64,000 bases of DNA from an uncultured Alphaproteobacteria bacterium (lineage in GTDB: Bacteria; Pseudomonadota; Alphaproteobacteria; Sphingomonadales; SMXR01). The stretch lies in assembly GCA_937126915.1 (NCBI GenBank), contig CAKZLM010000171.1, positions 2,688-66,687 on the forward strand, in the 5' to 3' direction. This document shows, piece after piece, positions 36,250 to 47,114 of the stretch; within the stretch, counting starts at the first letter, position 1, and each line of letters opens with the position of its first letter. The position numbers were made by a program, and so were the translations under genes. The notes under the pieces are model-generated. The model had not been told where the DNA came from, ran no database searches, and was given only the letters and a program-made list of their open reading frames with translations.

Positions 36250-36960
36250 ATGACCATGACCAATCCGATTTTTTGCGCCTTTGATACCCCTCATATTGAA
36301 AAAGCCAGCGATTTGGCAAACCAGCTGCAGGGTTGTTTGGGCGGCATTAAATTGGGAATGGAATTTTTCTACGCACATGGAGCGGAAGGTTATAAAGCTG
36401 TAGCGCAGTTTAATCAGCCCATTTTCCTAGATCTTAAATTACATGACATTCCAAACACTGTTGCTAAGGCGGTTAAAAGCTTGATGCCGTTGGCACCTCA
36501 AATTATGACCGTCCACACCGCCGGTGGTCCTGAAATGATGCGTAAAGCCAGCCAAGCCGCCACCGAAGCCGCTGCTGAATTGGGTGTTGAGCGCCCTAAA
36601 TTGGTTGGTGTTACGGTGCTAACCTCGCTTGACCAAGATGACCTTAGCGCCATTGGGGTTGACCGTGATGTCGAGCAACAGGTTTTAGGCCTTGCTAAAT
36701 TAGCCAAAGAAAGTGGCTTGGATGGTATTGTCTGTTCACCCAAGGAAATTAGCTTAATCCGTCAACATTTAGGCGACGATTTTATCCTTGTGGTTCCTGG
36801 TATTCGTCCTGCAGGTGCTGATATTGGTGATCAAAAGCGCGTGATGACCCCTAAAGAAGCGGTTGATCAAGGAGCCACCCTGTTGGTCATTGGTCGCCCT
36901 ATTACCCAAGCCACTGATCCAGCCAAAAGCGCACAAGATATTCTTGCCAGCATGGCATAA
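36250..36960 (+). CDS. pyrF: Orotidine 5'-phosphate decarboxylase
   Basis: The ATG at 36250 is preceded by AAGGAG. Motifs FLDLKLHDIPNT, and IGRPIT near the C-terminus. Confidence 0.92.
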   Translation: MTMTNPIFCAFDTPHIEKASDLANQLQGCLGGIKLGMEFFYAHGAEGYKAVAQFNQPIFLDLKLHDIPNTVAKAVKSLMPLAPQIMTVHTAGGPEMMRKASQAATEAAAELGVERPKLVGVTVLTSLDQDDLSAIGVDRDVEQQVLGLAKLAKESGLDGIVCSPKEISLIRQHLGDDFILVVPGIRPAGADIGDQKRVMTPKEAVDQGATLLVIGRPITQATDPAKSAQDILASMA

Positions 36961-37048
36961 CCGCTAAACGATACTAAAAATATTGCCTGATAAAAGCAGA
37001 AACGTTATAACTAGCACACGTCATTGACACAAAATGAGGGGACCCCAA

Positions 37049-37921
37049 ATGAATTGGTTAACCAACTATGTGAAGCCTAAATTACAAGCCGTTTTGAAGC
37101 GTGATACGCCTGATAATCTATGGCATAAATGTAAAGGCTGTGGTCAACTCATTTTCCATAAAGAGTTTGAAGCAAATCAAAGCGTTTGCGCCCATTGCGA
37201 TCATCATGAACGGATTGGCCCTGATAGCCGCTTTAATTTCCTGTTTGATGAAAGCAAATATACCAAGCTGGCCATGCCCAAAGTGGCGGAAGACCCCTTA
37301 AAATTTCGCGACAGTAAAAAATATACTGATCGTATGAAAGCGGCCCGCAGTAAAACTGAAGTTAACGATGCCATCGAAGCGGCCCATGGTCACATTAATG
37401 GCTTGCCAGCAGTTATTGCGGTTCAAAACTTCTTCTTCATGGGCGGTTCAATGGGCATGGCTGTGGGTGAAGGCATTATAGCCGCCATTGAAAAAGCTAT
37501 CGAGTTACGCGCGCCATTTATCATGGTTACGGCAGCGGGTGGTGCCCGCATGCAAGAGGGTATTTTGTCTTTGATGCAAATGCCACGTACCACTGTGGCG
37601 CTACAAATGCTGCGTGAGGCGGGCTTGCCTTATATCGTTCTGTTAACCGACCCTACCACAGGCGGTGTTTCGGCCTCTTACGCCATGTTGGGTGATGTTC
37701 AAATCGCTGAACCGGGCGCTTTAATCGGTTTTGCGGGTCCACGCGTTATTGAGGACACAATCCGTGAGAAGTTACCAGAAGGCTTCCAACGCGCTGAATA
37801 TCTTTTAGAGCATGGCATGGTTGACATGGTAACCCACCGTCATGCGCTGAAAGATAAAATTGGTGACCTTATTGCGATGATGACCCGTGATGGTGCCAAC
37901 CTAAGAAATGCCGCCGAATAA
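37049..37921 (+). CDS. accD: Acetyl-CoA carboxylase carboxyltransferase subunit beta
   Basis: An N-terminal Cys4 zinc ribbon (CKGCGQ...CAHCDHH) and the carboxyltransferase core [13 protein letters not shown]. Confidence 0.93.
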   Translation: MNWLTNYVKPKLQAVLKRDTPDNLWHKCKGCGQLIFHKEFEANQSVCAHCDHHERIGPDSRFNFLFDESKYTKLAMPKVAEDPLKFRDSKKYTDRMKAARSKTEVNDAIEAAHGHINGLPAVIAVQNFFFMGGSMGMAVGEGIIAAIEKAIELRAPFIMVTAAGGARMQEGILSLMQMPRTTVALQMLREAGLPYIVLLTDPTTGGVSASYAMLGDVQIAEPGALIGFAGPRVIEDTIREKLPEGFQRAEYLLEHGMVDMVTHRHALKDKIGDLIAMMTRDGANLRNAAE

Positions 37922-37966
37922 AGTCGCCTTTTATTCATATTGCAACAGCCTTTTCGCTAAGGAATA

Positions 37967-39313
37967 GTGAGTGTGAGCAACAGTCCTTCGCCACAACGCA
38001 GTCGGTCTGACGAAATTTTACAACGCTTGCTGGGACTGCACCCTAAATTGATCGATCTGTCGCTTGATCGGTTAGAAAAGCTGTTGGAAAAAATGGATAA
38101 CCCGCACCTAAAGTGCCCGCCGATCATTCATGTCGCTGGCACCAATGGTAAAGGATCAACTACTGCCTTCATGCGTGCCATTTTTGAGGCTGCTGGCTTA
38201 AAGGTGCATGTTTATACATCACCCCATTTGGTGCGTTTTCATGAACGCATCCGCCTTGCAGGACAACTCATTACCGATGATGAGCTAACAAAAACCCTTG
38301 AGGACTGTGAAAAAGCCAATGCTGGCGAGCCGATCACCTTTTTTGAGGTCACCACAGCCGCAGCCTTTTTAGCTTTTTCCCGTCATGACGCTGACATTTG
38401 TCTGTTGGAGGTTGGATTGGGCGGTAGATTTGATGCGACGAACGTTATTCCGGAACCGTTATTATCTGTCATCACGCCCATTCATATGGATCATCAAGCA
38501 TTTTTGGGGAATAGTTTCCAGAAAATTGCTCGTGAAAAAGCAGGCATTATCAAGAAAAATCGCCCCGTGGTAATTGCGCCGCAATTAACCACGGTATCCC
38601 GGGTCTTAAACGCGGTGGCTGAAGAGCTAGACGCCCCTGTCTTTGAACATAACAAGCATTGGTTTTTAAAAAGCGAGCCACATGAAGATGGCGGTTTCAG
38701 CCTGCAAGATGAAAAGGGCTTACTGCGCCTGCCACCCCCCCGTTTACCGGGGGCACATCAGGTGCGCAATGCCGCCACGGCAGTAGCCGCTGTTAGGGCA
38801 CAGGATTTATTTGATATTCCCGACAGTGCCATTCGCGCAGGGCTTGATTGGGCGCGCTGGCCTGCACGATTGGATAATTTAACGGACAGCTCGCTAAACA
38901 CGAGACTGCCAGAACAGTCTGAAATTTGGCTAGATGGTGGGCATAACCCTATTGCCGCGCGGGTTATTCGTGACCATTTTAAACATATTGACACCTCCCA
39001 AACGCCTTTTTACATGATCTGTGGTATGCTGCGGGTGAAAGATGTGATGGGCTTTTTCATGCCGTTTCGTGGATTTGCCGATCATGTCATCGCCATTCCT
39101 ATCCCCGGTGATCATGATGCCCTTAGCCCCGGAGAACTGGCCTCAGAAGCCAGCAATGTTGGCCTGCAAGGCCGCGTGGCAGGTAATGTCCGTTCAGCTA
39201 TTGAGTTGATTGCCAAAGAATGTAACAGCGATCACCCGCCGGTTATTTTAATCTGCGGATCGCTTTATTTAGCAGGTGAAGTGCTAAAAGAAGCGGGCGT
39301 CTATCCACAATAA
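37967..39313 (+). CDS. folC: Bifunctional folylpolyglutamate synthase / dihydrofolate synthase
   Basis: P-loop HVAGTNGKGST and a Mur-ligase-like core. GTG start. The conserved accD-folC order is present. Confidence 0.9.
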   Translation: MSVSNSPSPQRSRSDEILQRLLGLHPKLIDLSLDRLEKLLEKMDNPHLKCPPIIHVAGTNGKGSTTAFMRAIFEAAGLKVHVYTSPHLVRFHERIRLAGQLITDDELTKTLEDCEKANAGEPITFFEVTTAAAFLAFSRHDADICLLEVGLGGRFDATNVIPEPLLSVITPIHMDHQAFLGNSFQKIAREKAGIIKKNRPVVIAPQLTTVSRVLNAVAEELDAPVFEHNKHWFLKSEPHEDGGFSLQDEKGLLRLPPPRLPGAHQVRNAATAVAAVRAQDLFDIPDSAIRAGLDWARWPARLDNLTDSSLNTRLPEQSEIWLDGGHNPIAARVIRDHFKHIDTSQTPFYMICGMLRVKDVMGFFMPFRGFADHVIAIPIPGDHDALSPGELASEASNVGLQGRVAGNVRSAIELIAKECNSDHPPVILICGSLYLAGEVLKEAGVYPQ

Positions 39314-39321
39314 ACGCCCGT
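39293..39321. terminator. Possible shared hairpin terminator for the convergent folC and trxA genes
   Basis: GCGGGCGT (39293-39300) / ACGCCCGT (39314-39321), 7 of 8 bp, spanning the folC stop. The flanks are only modestly T-rich on both strands. Confidence 0.35.
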
Positions 39322-39348
39322 CTTAAATTTCTTCAATTGATATAAAGC

Positions 39349-39666
39349 TTATTTGTTTTGTTCAATCCACGCCTGAATTTCAGACTTTGGCTTGGCGCCA
39401 ACGATGGTCGACACCGCTTTACCGCCTTTAAACATGATCATGGTTGGAATACCACGTACACCAAATTTGGTTGGTGCTTCTGGGTTTTGGTCAATGTTTA
39501 CTTTAGCGATGGTCACATCTGATAACTCGTCAGAAAGTTCTTCCAAAGACGGGCCAATTTGCTTACAAGGCCCGCACCATTCAGCCCAAAAATCAACCAC
39601 GATTGGTTTGTCAGAGCCTAATACGTCAGAATCAAAGTTAGCGTCGGTAATTTGGGTGGTTGGCAT
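39349..39666 (-). CDS. trxA: Thioredoxin
   Basis: A 105-aa ORF with the WCGPC active site. Confidence 0.95.
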   Translation of the reverse strand: MPTTQITDANFDSDVLGSDKPIVVDFWAEWCGPCKQIGPSLEELSDELSDVTIAKVNIDQNPEAPTKFGVRGIPTMIMFKGGKAVSTIVGAKPKSEIQAWIEQNK

Positions 39667-39768
39667 AATAAATCCTTCATCACTTATGGTCAGCAGAGAG
39701 GGGCTGTTCGTTGCTATCGTCCCCTTTTATCATTCTTGCCCTTAAAGTAGGTATGCAAACGTCATTCG

Positions 39769-42700
39769 TCAAGCAGACAATGCGTTTTTTAGCATTTCTG
39801 ACGGTAATGTCATCAGTCGCATTTCTTCGGTCCATAAAAGCGCACAAGCAACTTGTTTGTTGGGGTAAATTGCCTGCATGGCTTGGGCATAAACTGCCAT
39901 TTGCGCCACGTAGCTTTTCGGTACCGCGTCCAGTGTTTTAGCAGGGGGGCGGTTGGTTTTATAATCAACCACCAACACTTTATCGTCCATCACAACCAAA
40001 CGGTCAATTTGACCTGCGACGGGTTTGCCTGCAACAATCGCAGAAAATGACACCTCGGCCTGACTACCTGCACCAAAAATGGCCGCAAAATTATCATCGT
40101 TTAATAATTTAGACAACTTTTCCCAAATGTCGTTTATTTGTGCCTGATCAAGGTGATAAGCGCCTTTAGACAAATAGGCCCGCGCTAAAGCCTCACGTTT
40201 TTCAGCGGGACTTTCAGGTAATATTTCCAATAATTTGTGGATCATGGTACCGCGCATATAACGGCTAATATCCTGTTCGCGTCCCTTTAACGGGCTTGCG
40301 GTTGCATCATCACTATCATCCATTTTTGAAGGGGCTAATGGTTTTGATAACGCCCCTTCATCCTTAGGCAACTGGTTTACCCATTGGGGCAAGCGAACAG
40401 ATTGTGCATCTACGGCTTTTTGTTTTTTGTCATCCCTTTTTGCAGGGCGTGTTTGCTCAACTTTCCACCGCTTAATAAGGCCGCTTTCGCCAAAATCAAC
40501 ATCGACCTTTTCAACATTTGGCAAGAGATCAAAACCAGCTTCAATCAGGTTATACCAACATTTATCAGTGCGCTTGCGTGACTTCTCCCAGCCACATACA
40601 TAAAGATGATCCTCGGCGCGGGTCATGGCCACATACATCAGACGGCGATATTCCGCTAATTCTGCCGTTTTATTATGCTCTTTTAGGCTGTTAATTGGTT
40701 CAGGATTACCCAATTCACTGCGGTGCCAAACAAACAGGCCATCTTGCTGATCATTGCCTGCTGCCCCCAAATTATATACGCTGCCGCCGGATTTTGGTTC
40801 AACCGTGGTGTCGGGCATAAAAACAATAGGCGCCTGTAAGCCCTTTGCACCGTGAATTGTCATGATACGCACTTCATCGCGCGGGCTTTCCATATCGCGT
40901 TTAATTTCTGTGGTACCCGACGCCAACCATTGCACAAAGCCTTGCAGCGATGGTGTGCGGTTGGTTTCATAATCTAGCGCCAGATTTAAAAATTCATCCA
41001 ATGGGTCATGAACCTCTGGTCCCAAACGTCCAACCAATTTCTGACGGCCCTTCAGAGCCGACAATATATCCGCATAAAATTGAAACGGTGACATAAAATC
41101 AGCCATACTGGTCACCTGTTGGATGAAACCCGCCGCCTCGGCAAAACGGGCGTGTTGACCAGTGGTTAAGCTGTCATCGCCCTTTTGAACCTGTTCTTGC
41201 AAGCGTTGCCAAAGGGTTTTACCGCCACGATCATGGGCCAATTGGTACAGGTCTTCATCATCAAAGCCAATGAAGGGCGATTTCAGAACCGTGGCAAAGG
41301 TCAAATCATCCAAGGGATTTAGCGTCATATTGGTCAACGCGATTAAGTCCATCACGCCAATATGATCCATCACATTTAACCTGTCCGACCCCGCCACAGG
41401 AATTTGGAGGGCCTTTAGGGCCCTGATCATTTCCCCATGAAACTCATTACGCCTACGTACCAAAATGATGATATCACCAGCACGAACGGGCCGATCACGG
41501 CTTTCTAGACGTTCATTGGTTTTTAACATCTGGTCAATTTTAACGGCTATGAGACGCGCCAATTGCCCTGCCCCACTGGGTACAGACACCTGCTGTTCCG
41601 GTGGCTCCCAATGTTCAGGTATGGAAATAGGGGTTTCTTTCACAACAGGCCACAACTCCACCAAGCCCGCCTGACCTTCACGGTTAACAGTGTGTTTGAC
41701 CTGCATACTATTATCGTGAGTTAAGTTTTGATGCGCTTCGGGTCTTGAAAACACCGCATCGACCAAGCCTAAAACCGCCTTGGTTGAACGGAAAGATCGT
41801 TGCATGTCAATACTTACAAAGCGTTTTTCACTGGCCTCTGCCTTATCTCGCACACGATCGCGTGAACGCACAAACTCCGCCGGGTCAGCGCGCTGGAAAC
41901 GATATATTGACTGCTTGGCATCACCCACCATAAATAGGGTGCGATCCACCTCACGGGCCCCTTCACCCACGTAAAACTCGTTTGATAACCGCTCAATTAA
42001 CTGCCATTGTTCAGGGTTAGTATCTTGTGCCTCATCAACCAAAATATGGTCCAAACCACCGTCTAATTTATATAATATCCATGGCGCAATATCTGGTTTG
42101 GCAAGAAGCGCATCGGTGCGTAAGATCAAATCATCAAAATCAACCTTCCCAAGGCTGGTTTTGTCCCCTTCATAAAGATTTAATATCGCCGCACTCACCT
42201 TTAAAAGCGCCGTTGATTGGTTGAAAATTTGGCGTTTCTGATCGCGCGCCACAAGGGCTAAAACTCTTTGCTGTTCAGCACTTAACACCGGCTCTAAATC
42301 AGGGTGCTTTTTATAAAGTCCTGCCAAACCAACCTTAAAGGGTTGTAAATCAGTCTTGTTCAAAAAGACCAAGATATAATCATTATAAAATTGTAACCGT
42401 TTCGGACCCGCCTCTGTTGCCAAAATCGCCCCTAATTGGTCACCCCTTTGCACCACGGTTTGGCTACCATCCATAAAGCATTGTCTAATTTTTTGGCGAA
42501 TTGCCTCTTGCTTGCTGCTATTGAGCAACTCATCGGCGATTGTTTCTCGTGTGTCTGTGGGATCAACACCCAGCGCGTCTGCCAAGGGTGAAAACAAGCT
42601 TTCTATTTGGTCGTAACTGCCGCGCAACACGCGCTTTTGAATGGCTTTTAACAAACGCCCCCGTTCACCTGTCACCGATTGTAACAAGGAACCAAAGGTA

Positions 42701-43260
42701 AAATCACTGACGCGGCGGGCAATATGAAAAAGGGCCTGTTTGCCGGCATCATCATGACCTGCTTTTAGGGCGCTAAAGGTTTGGTCAGCGGCATTATCAA
42801 GCCATTCTTGCTGGCTGCGCTCATCCATTTGCTCAAACTGGGGCGGCAGGTCTGCCTCCAGCGGGAACCGACCCAGCAATGAATTGCAAAAAGAATGAAT
42901 GGTCATAATTTTAAGGCCACCGGGTAAGTCTAACACCCGCGCAAACAAAGATCGTGCTAGTGATAATTTATCCTGAGCCACCACTTCATCGAGTGAAATG
43001 CTTAATTCTGACCTTAAGGCGTCATCATCCATGCGGGTCCATTGACCTAAGCGGCGATACAAACGGTTGGTCATTTCTTTGGCCGCGGCCTTGGTATAAG
43101 TAAGACAAAGAATTTTACCGGGGTCCGTGCCCTGCAGCATCATGCGCAACACCCGCGCGGTTAAAACGTGGGTTTTGCCCGTGCCCGCATTGGCCCCAAC
43201 CCAAACCGAGGCTTTCGGATCACTGGCAAGCGCCTGTTCAGGGGTCATTTTATCAGCCAT
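39769..43260 (-). CDS. addA: Double-strand break repair helicase-nuclease AddA
   Basis: A 1163-aa ORF with UvrD-type Walker A GAGTGKTH, helicase motifs and the C-terminal RecB-type nuclease motif VVDYKT. Its ATG overlaps the addB stop as TAATG. Confidence 0.92.
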   Translation of the reverse strand: MADKMTPEQALASDPKASVWVGANAGTGKTHVLTARVLRMMLQGTDPGKILCLTYTKAAAKEMTNRLYRRLGQWTRMDDDALRSELSISLDEVVAQDKLSLARSLFARVLDLPGGLKIMTIHSFCNSLLGRFPLEADLPPQFEQMDERSQQEWLDNAADQTFSALKAGHDDAGKQALFHIARRVSDFTFGSLLQSVTGERGRLLKAIQKRVLRGSYDQIESLFSPLADALGVDPTDTRETIADELLNSSKQEAIRQKIRQCFMDGSQTVVQRGDQLGAILATEAGPKRLQFYNDYILVFLNKTDLQPFKVGLAGLYKKHPDLEPVLSAEQQRVLALVARDQKRQIFNQSTALLKVSAAILNLYEGDKTSLGKVDFDDLILRTDALLAKPDIAPWILYKLDGGLDHILVDEAQDTNPEQWQLIERLSNEFYVGEGAREVDRTLFMVGDAKQSIYRFQRADPAEFVRSRDRVRDKAEASEKRFVSIDMQRSFRSTKAVLGLVDAVFSRPEAHQNLTHDNSMQVKHTVNREGQAGLVELWPVVKETPISIPEHWEPPEQQVSVPSGAGQLARLIAVKIDQMLKTNERLESRDRPVRAGDIIILVRRRNEFHGEMIRALKALQIPVAGSDRLNVMDHIGVMDLIALTNMTLNPLDDLTFATVLKSPFIGFDDEDLYQLAHDRGGKTLWQRLQEQVQKGDDSLTTGQHARFAEAAGFIQQVTSMADFMSPFQFYADILSALKGRQKLVGRLGPEVHDPLDEFLNLALDYETNRTPSLQGFVQWLASGTTEIKRDMESPRDEVRIMTIHGAKGLQAPIVFMPDTTVEPKSGGSVYNLGAAGNDQQDGLFVWHRSELGNPEPINSLKEHNKTAELAEYRRLMYVAMTRAEDHLYVCGWEKSRKRTDKCWYNLIEAGFDLLPNVEKVDVDFGESGLIKRWKVEQTRPAKRDDKKQKAVDAQSVRLPQWVNQLPKDEGALSKPLAPSKMDDSDDATASPLKGREQDISRYMRGTMIHKLLEILPESPAEKREALARAYLSKGAYHLDQAQINDIWEKLSKLLNDDNFAAIFGAGSQAEVSFSAIVAGKPVAGQIDRLVVMDDKVLVVDYKTNRPPAKTLDAVPKSYVAQMAVYAQAMQAIYPNKQVACALLWTEEMRLMTLPSEMLKNALSA

Positions 43261-46250
43261 TAATCATCCCCCTTCTCGGTAACGCGCCATTCTTTCACGC
43301 GGGCCAGATGATCATACTCACCATAACCCGCAATTGCAGGACGTGGATTACACAAATAAGGCATGCTGGGGCGCTTAAAGGCTGCGATTAACTCAATCAA
43401 GCCCTTTCCAGCATCATCAATCACGTCGCCAACATCCACTTTTTTTATACCAGCGGGAGTTTTAGTCTTCATCTCAGACACCGCTTTTATCTCAATGGGG
43501 TCGGGCCCCCCAGACGCCTTCCAAAAAACCAAATCATGACAAAGGCCATGGGCCATTTCAAAGGCGCCTTGCTGAATCATATAACCTTCCAACGGTAATT
43601 GCGGCGCATAGCCTGCTAAAATCTGATCCTTCGTTGGTACGGTGCCCGATTTATAATCAATCACCTCATAGGCGTTGGTGGTGCGATTATAATCAACGCG
43701 ATCAGCTTTGGCAGTGAGGGTAAAACTGTCATCATCGCGGCCAAAAACCATGGTGCGCTTTTCTTCGACAAACACCACATCATAGGTTGCCTCACGGTGA
43801 CCTTGCAGCTTGATAAATTCTTCGGCTATTTGCTCAAATCTTGGCCACCAAAAGGCCCACACCCCGGGACGGTCTAATTCTGCCCCAAAAGCATCACGCC
43901 CAATGGCAACCAGTTCATCCCTTTGCACTTCTTTATACGCTTTTGGTTTTGTGCGCATAAAGGTTTCAAGGGCATCATGGATGATATTACCTTTATCAGC
44001 GGCGCCTGGTTTTTGCTCCAATTCGTCCCACGCCGATAGCCTCAATATCTTACTGGCATAAATGCTGTAAGGGTCACGCATCAAGGTTTGCACCCCTGTG
44101 ACACTTAATTCTTTTGGGCGCACCGCAACAGGCGGCGTTGGTGATGGCGGCAAAACTGGCCCCGGCTGATCAGCATGGTCCAATTTTTGGCTATAAGCAG
44201 CCCATAGATGGTCGCCAGTTCTTGCAAAATGATCACCCATCATGGCGTCCAACCGCAACAGCCAACGACTGGCAACCGCCTCTGCACCATCAGCTTTTTC
44301 AGAGCGGCTGATGATCACTTCCTTAGCGCCGCAAGCCTGCACAAAGTCATGGGCCGAAAGACCGACGCGACGTTCAAGCGGCGGCAGGCCAAACTTGGCG
44401 CGCATCGGACGGCTCATCCATGGATCATCGGCAATGGCGGGGGGCCAGCTTTCTTCGTTCAAGCCGCCTAATATCATCACATCGGCCTGTTGCATGCGCG
44501 CCTCAATGGTGCCCCAAATGGCAAGTCTTGGGTGCCTGCTGTGTTGGCGGCGCACCACCTCACCTTTCATCAGGGTTGCTAGCAAGGCGCCATATTCCAA
44601 ATGTCGATCTTCTACAGACACCGCAAAATCAGGCACGATACCGTCAACTAAACGATGCATAAATTGTGCAAGGGCGTGGCCATTTTCTTGTGACCACAGT
44701 TGCTTGGCTCCGTCCTTTTGATCCGATTTTGACAAGTTTTCAGCGGCCTCTAATATGGCCCGCAACCAGCCCTGAAAATCACTGTCCTTTTGCAAGTCAA
44801 GCGCGGGCTTTAGCGCTTTGTTGATGGTTTTTAAAAATGCCGTAAGGTTGGCTCTTCTCTCATCACGGATACGATCATCGGGTATGGCTTTCAACGCCTT
44901 CAACAAACCGTCCAATCCATGGGCGGGACGAATACCACGCATCAAATGCTTTTCCAATTGGCGGGTTAGATTGAGATGTTTTCCGCGCTCAAGGCCCAAC
45001 GCCACCAACGGGTGCTTTAATAAGGATAAAAGTGCAACTGGGGCGAATTCCTTTTCCAACGCCTCAATTAATAACATAATTAACGTACTGGGTGGTGTGA
45101 GGGACAAGGGGTCGCCAGCACTATCATCCACTTCAATATTCCAGCGTTTTAATTCTTGTTTAACTCGCCGCGCCAAATTGCGATCGGGGGTGACAAGGGC
45201 GGTGGTGACCCCCTCTTCCTCCAATTTCCCACGCATCATAAGGGCAATCATGGTGGCTTCTTCACGCACCGTTTCTGCGGTGACATAGGAAAAGCCCCGC
45301 ATGGCCTTTTTTACATCAATGGGCTTTGCATCCAACCAATGATGAATGTAAGACGCAGGCCATAAGGCCCTCTGCACCATTGTTAAGCGCTCTTGGTGCT
45401 GTGTCACTTGTTTTTTATGGGCGTCACATAACGGCCATGTCGCCACATCAAACGGGGTGCAACGCATGGTCTCTAGTAAATGTTTCATGGTGGCTTGCGG
45501 GTGGGTGGCGTCCAATTCTTGCCAACATTCTTCTGGCAGGGTTTGATCATAAGCAGGCAATAAAACCGCCCCTTGCGGTAGGCGGGAAATAACGCTTATC
45601 AGCTCTGCCGTGGCGGGGACAGAGCCTGTGCTGCCTGCCACAATAACTGGATAATCTGGCGGATTTTGACGCCAAAACTCGGTTAATATTTTCAAGGCCT
45701 TTGTGCGCCGATCAGCAGGATCCATAAATGATAAATCTTCTAACACTTTTGGCCAAAAGTCGGTGACAATTTTCAAAAAATCAACCGTGATTTGCCAATG
45801 CCCCGCTAAGCTTTCATCGGCCAATTCGGCCAACTGATCAAAGGATAATTCTTCAATTTGCACACTATCCAACAAGGCCGCCAAGGCTTTTGCCATTTGC
45901 AATGAAGTTGCCAAAGACATCGAAGAAAAGCCCAAACCGGGGGCGGCTTTTTGCACCTGTAAGGCCAACAGCATCAAACGACTGAAGCCATCAATGGCGG
46001 GATCTAGGCTAATATCTTGGTCAGCAATGCCGGGGATCAAGCTTAAGACCAACTCATCCTCATCAACATCACCCAAGGCACGCATGCGCGGCATGATCAT
46101 GGCATTGCCATCGGTTGCCCTTAATAAGGCGGTTCTAAGGGCAAGTACCGCGCGTCTTGTTGGCACTAAAATCAGGGTCTTGGAAAAACTTTCTGGGTCG
46201 CCGTGAAAGTGATCCAACAGGCCGCGCGCCAAGATATCCACCACAGGCAC
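43260..46250 (-). CDS. addB: Double-strand break repair protein AddB (the true start is probably upstream, at ATT 46301)
   Basis: The 996-aa ORF starts at GTG 46250 and has the C-terminal nuclease motif VIDYKSG. The frame stays open upstream to 46322 and encodes ISLFDRQIPRVYNSPAG, preceded by GGGGGAGAGGGG. See finding. Confidence 0.88.
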   Translation of the reverse strand: MPVVDILARGLLDHFHGDPESFSKTLILVPTRRAVLALRTALLRATDGNAMIMPRMRALGDVDEDELVLSLIPGIADQDISLDPAIDGFSRLMLLALQVQKAAPGLGFSSMSLATSLQMAKALAALLDSVQIEELSFDQLAELADESLAGHWQITVDFLKIVTDFWPKVLEDLSFMDPADRRTKALKILTEFWRQNPPDYPVIVAGSTGSVPATAELISVISRLPQGAVLLPAYDQTLPEECWQELDATHPQATMKHLLETMRCTPFDVATWPLCDAHKKQVTQHQERLTMVQRALWPASYIHHWLDAKPIDVKKAMRGFSYVTAETVREEATMIALMMRGKLEEEGVTTALVTPDRNLARRVKQELKRWNIEVDDSAGDPLSLTPPSTLIMLLIEALEKEFAPVALLSLLKHPLVALGLERGKHLNLTRQLEKHLMRGIRPAHGLDGLLKALKAIPDDRIRDERRANLTAFLKTINKALKPALDLQKDSDFQGWLRAILEAAENLSKSDQKDGAKQLWSQENGHALAQFMHRLVDGIVPDFAVSVEDRHLEYGALLATLMKGEVVRRQHSRHPRLAIWGTIEARMQQADVMILGGLNEESWPPAIADDPWMSRPMRAKFGLPPLERRVGLSAHDFVQACGAKEVIISRSEKADGAEAVASRWLLRLDAMMGDHFARTGDHLWAAYSQKLDHADQPGPVLPPSPTPPVAVRPKELSVTGVQTLMRDPYSIYASKILRLSAWDELEQKPGAADKGNIIHDALETFMRTKPKAYKEVQRDELVAIGRDAFGAELDRPGVWAFWWPRFEQIAEEFIKLQGHREATYDVVFVEEKRTMVFGRDDDSFTLTAKADRVDYNRTTNAYEVIDYKSGTVPTKDQILAGYAPQLPLEGYMIQQGAFEMAHGLCHDLVFWKASGGPDPIEIKAVSEMKTKTPAGIKKVDVGDVIDDAGKGLIELIAAFKRPSMPYLCNPRPAIAGYGEYDHLARVKEWRVTEKGDD

Positions 46251-46349
46251 CCCTGCTGGACTATTATAAACCCGTGGTATTTGACGATCAAAAAGTGAAA
46301 TCGCCCCTCTCCCCCTTGGCGCTCAACCCTTGGTGTAACCTAAAACAGG

Positions 46350-47114
46350 TTATTTTTGGGCCGCTTTTTCAAAATATTCTTCGGCATCTTTAACCGCTTC
46401 TGGATTACCAATATGCATCCATGTGCCGCCAAAAACATGACCATATAACCGCCCCTTTTTTAAGGCGTTGTCATAGATAGTATTAAGCGAAAAACGATTT
46501 TGTTCCACCTCTTTTAGAATATGAGGCTGAATTATTTGTATGCCGCCATAAATATAGGGTAATGGCAAGCCAGCCGCGCTTGGATCATCTGGATAATCAG
46601 TAGGGCGGCGGGTTAAGCGGCCCTCATCATCACGCAAGAAGTCACCTTTCCCCTCAAAATAACGGGCATGATCAAGAGGCACCATCAATAAGTAAACATC
46701 CATTTTATTAGCATCAAACGTCCGCATCATATGGGTTAACGCCGGCTCTAAACTGGTTTCTTGCCAATGATCCAGCCATAAAGCATCGCTATTAATCGCC
46801 AAGATGGGTTCTGGCTTCATCAATGGCAGCGCTTTTTTCAATCCGCCACCGGTTTCTAAAAGCTCACCCCGTTCATCGGAAAAACGAATGCTCACATCGT
46901 TGCGGTCTTGAAGGTGGGCCTCAATCTTGTCGGCCAAATAATGCACATTAATGATCACATCGTGAATATTGGCCGCAGCCAATTGATCTAAAACACGGTC
47001 AAGCAAACTGCGGCCCGCAACAGAAACCAGGGGTTTTGGCAAGTCAGGTGCATGGCTTCGGATACGTTTACCAAGACCCGCCGCTAAAACAAAGGCCTGT
47101 GAAATTTTACTCAT
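46350..47114 (-). CDS. murU: Nucleotidyltransferase family protein, MurU-like (N-acetylmuramate alpha-1-phosphate uridylyltransferase)
   Basis: LAAGLGKRIR..KPL sugar-nucleotidyltransferase motif. It overlaps the upstream kinase-like gene by 4 nt. Confidence 0.7.
   Translation of the reverse strand: MSKISQAFVLAAGLGKRIRSHAPDLPKPLVSVAGRSLLDRVLDQLAAANIHDVIINVHYLADKIEAHLQDRNDVSIRFSDERGELLETGGGLKKALPLMKPEPILAINSDALWLDHWQETSLEPALTHMMRTFDANKMDVYLLMVPLDHARYFEGKGDFLRDDEGRLTRRPTDYPDDPSAAGLPLPYIYGGIQIIQPHILKEVEQNRFSLNTIYDNALKKGRLYGHVFGGTWMHIGNPEAVKDAEEYFEKAAQK

Noticed and set aside
44242-44721. Long antisense ORFs inside large genes: 159 aa here in addB, and also 49544-50116 (190 aa in the kinase), 51531-52028 (165 aa in ahcY), 5754-6209, 44818-45288 and 47883-48254
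   Set aside because: All lie entirely within, and opposite to, ORFs that have strong family signatures. Their translations are low-complexity or Arg/Ser/Pro-rich, with no recognisable motifs or ribosome-binding sites. They are typical shadow ORFs.
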